NCBI GenBank assembly: GCA_002633005.1
Contig: NMRA01000145.1
Span: 45,785 to 109,784 of the forward strand
DNA: 64,000 bases
Origin: Phoronis australis
Taxonomy: Eukaryota; Animalia; Phoronida
Reading direction: 5' to 3'
Positions 62,252 through 64,000 of the stretch are shown one piece after another (position 1 is the stretch's first letter; each line of letters begins with the position of its first letter). A model generated the notes under the pieces. That model ran no database searches, was not told where the DNA came from, and saw nothing but the letters and a program-made list of their open reading frames with translations. The position numbers and the translations under genes were made by a program.

Positions 62252-63639
62252 CCGGGCTCAACATTAACTTTTTAAGCCACTTGCCCTTCGGGCAAGTGGC
62301 TTAAAAAGTTAATGGGGCAAGTAGTTGAAATTTTTACTTGCCCGAACAACGAATTCACTTGCCCCAAGTACAATCCCAAATAGCACCGTGCATGTGCACA
62401 CCTAGGTAATGTGTTACGGTAGGGCTGCCTGTGCTGAGCCTCCTCTTGTGTTGTGCACGCTATATACACGAGTTGCTATTTTTTTAACGATTCTTCTTAT
62501 AGAACATTTATTTATAAGGTGTGTCAAAACACTAGAGAGACAAATTGAAAGAGTAACTCAGGTATCTGAACCATTGTCACACGTTCACAGGCGCCGAAAT
62601 GAGCTAGGGCATGAACTCTAGACACTTCTGTGTATTCATTAGTTTATACGCCCTCATGCATTAAACTTGAATTGTTGCTAACCTGAATTTCGTGCTATCC
62701 GTAAAAATCTTGCAGTTTTGGTCATCGGTACCTTGTATTAAATTAAAATCAAATTTTAACATATAGTAATGCCACATATACTTTTATTTTCAATAAATAA
62801 TTACATTTTTGAAAAATAGATAGACTGCGAAAAAGTCACCCTTCAGACTTCAGAGCGGCAATCCCGAAGACCGTATTCCTCTTCTTTCGGGAGTCGCCAC
62901 CGGGAGCCGGGAATTCATAAGAATGTCCTTTGGAATTCCCCCTGAATAAATACCAGGCCTTTTAAACTGCTGTGTAGTGTAGAAAATATGTCATCAATCA
63001 CTCATTTTTTAGCTTTTGTGCTTATCTGTATGACTTAATCCGCTGACGAACGCGGTGCTTCTAACCGTACATGGGTAAACGCCGGCAAAAATCAAACGTC
63101 ATCCCTTGTTCACTGTCTCGCAGGCCAGAAAACCTAATTCACCATGACGGAACCCATCCCCGCACTCTTTTCGTTTCATATTATTGCTTTGACTCTTCCT
63201 GAACTCGTTTTTAGCAACTAAACCAATGCCATCCAGGCCTGGACGGCTTCCACGTTTAGACGTTTTGCCAGAGTGCAGACGATCAGTAGTATCACGTGAC
63301 AACTTATTCAGAAACTGCAGGGCACGTTCAGAGAATCGAAAGGATTTCACCGCGAGCGTCATCTGTGCACGCTGCATCACACTCGTTCTATTTTCCTTTC
63401 GGTGCTCATTAGAAGACGGGAGTTTCTTTGACGACCACAGGGCTTTTTCGACGGTGTTTAGGCTTGTGTTGGGGTTCGTTACTTTGGAGCAAATGTCGAA
63501 CAGACATTCTTAGGATCTACTTGCCTGTGCGGCTAGCTTTTTAACTTGCCCATCGGGCAAGTACTTGTCAAATTCCACTTGCCCGACGCAAAATCTACAT
63601 GTACACGGGCAATCGGGCAACCGTTAGTGTTGAGCCCTG
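62252..63639 (-). mobile_element. Second copy of the same 5-bp-TSD element, inverted
   Basis: Colinear reverse complement of most of 52396-53919; TSD gacaa on both sides. Confidence 0.88.
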
Positions 63640-64000
63640 GACAAAACAAAGAACACTAACAACCACAGTCCAGACGTACATTAAATGATAAACCAAATTA
63701 AAGTACGTTGATGAATCAGTCAATAAATGACAGTAACCAAATCAGAAGACCTTGAGTACAGTAAATCCAGAACTAATGATAATTGAGAAACTGATCACGC
63801 ATTGCAAATAGACAGTGACATCTATTTACTAATTTTGAAGAGGTTAAATCAAAGCATCATGGAATTAGAGCTCCTAAAACGTAATTCGAAAAATGACTGT
63901 CACAGCGACATCTTGCATCTGATTTCACAAAAAATAAAATTACTCAAGCTATTGACTGGATAAACACTGTATGGAAATTTTATATTGATCAGATGAAAAA

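Overview
AT-rich, intron-containing animal genomic DNA, probably a marine invertebrate (taxon inferred, not shown). It holds three gene-level elements. (1) A complete 9-exon BRAT1 orthologue on + (509-8537, about 816 aa, ending in the conserved DCY). (2) The last 12 exons of a WDR90-like WD40 gene on - (10904-22992), convergent with BRAT1; I find no further upstream exon in the remaining 41 kb. (3) On the opposite strand within that apparent giant intron, a tandem array of six class A GPCR genes with uninterrupted coding regions (30.8-60.1 kb). Five are intact and one is cut at an assembly join. The receptors are non-aminergic and non-opsin. They vary most in the extracellular loops, show mosaic (gene-conversion-like) similarity, and mostly share a candidate non-coding leader exon. 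The array is peppered with nested DNA transposons, including CAGGG-ended elements with 5-bp target duplications. Exon models and alignments were read by eye and need computational confirmation.
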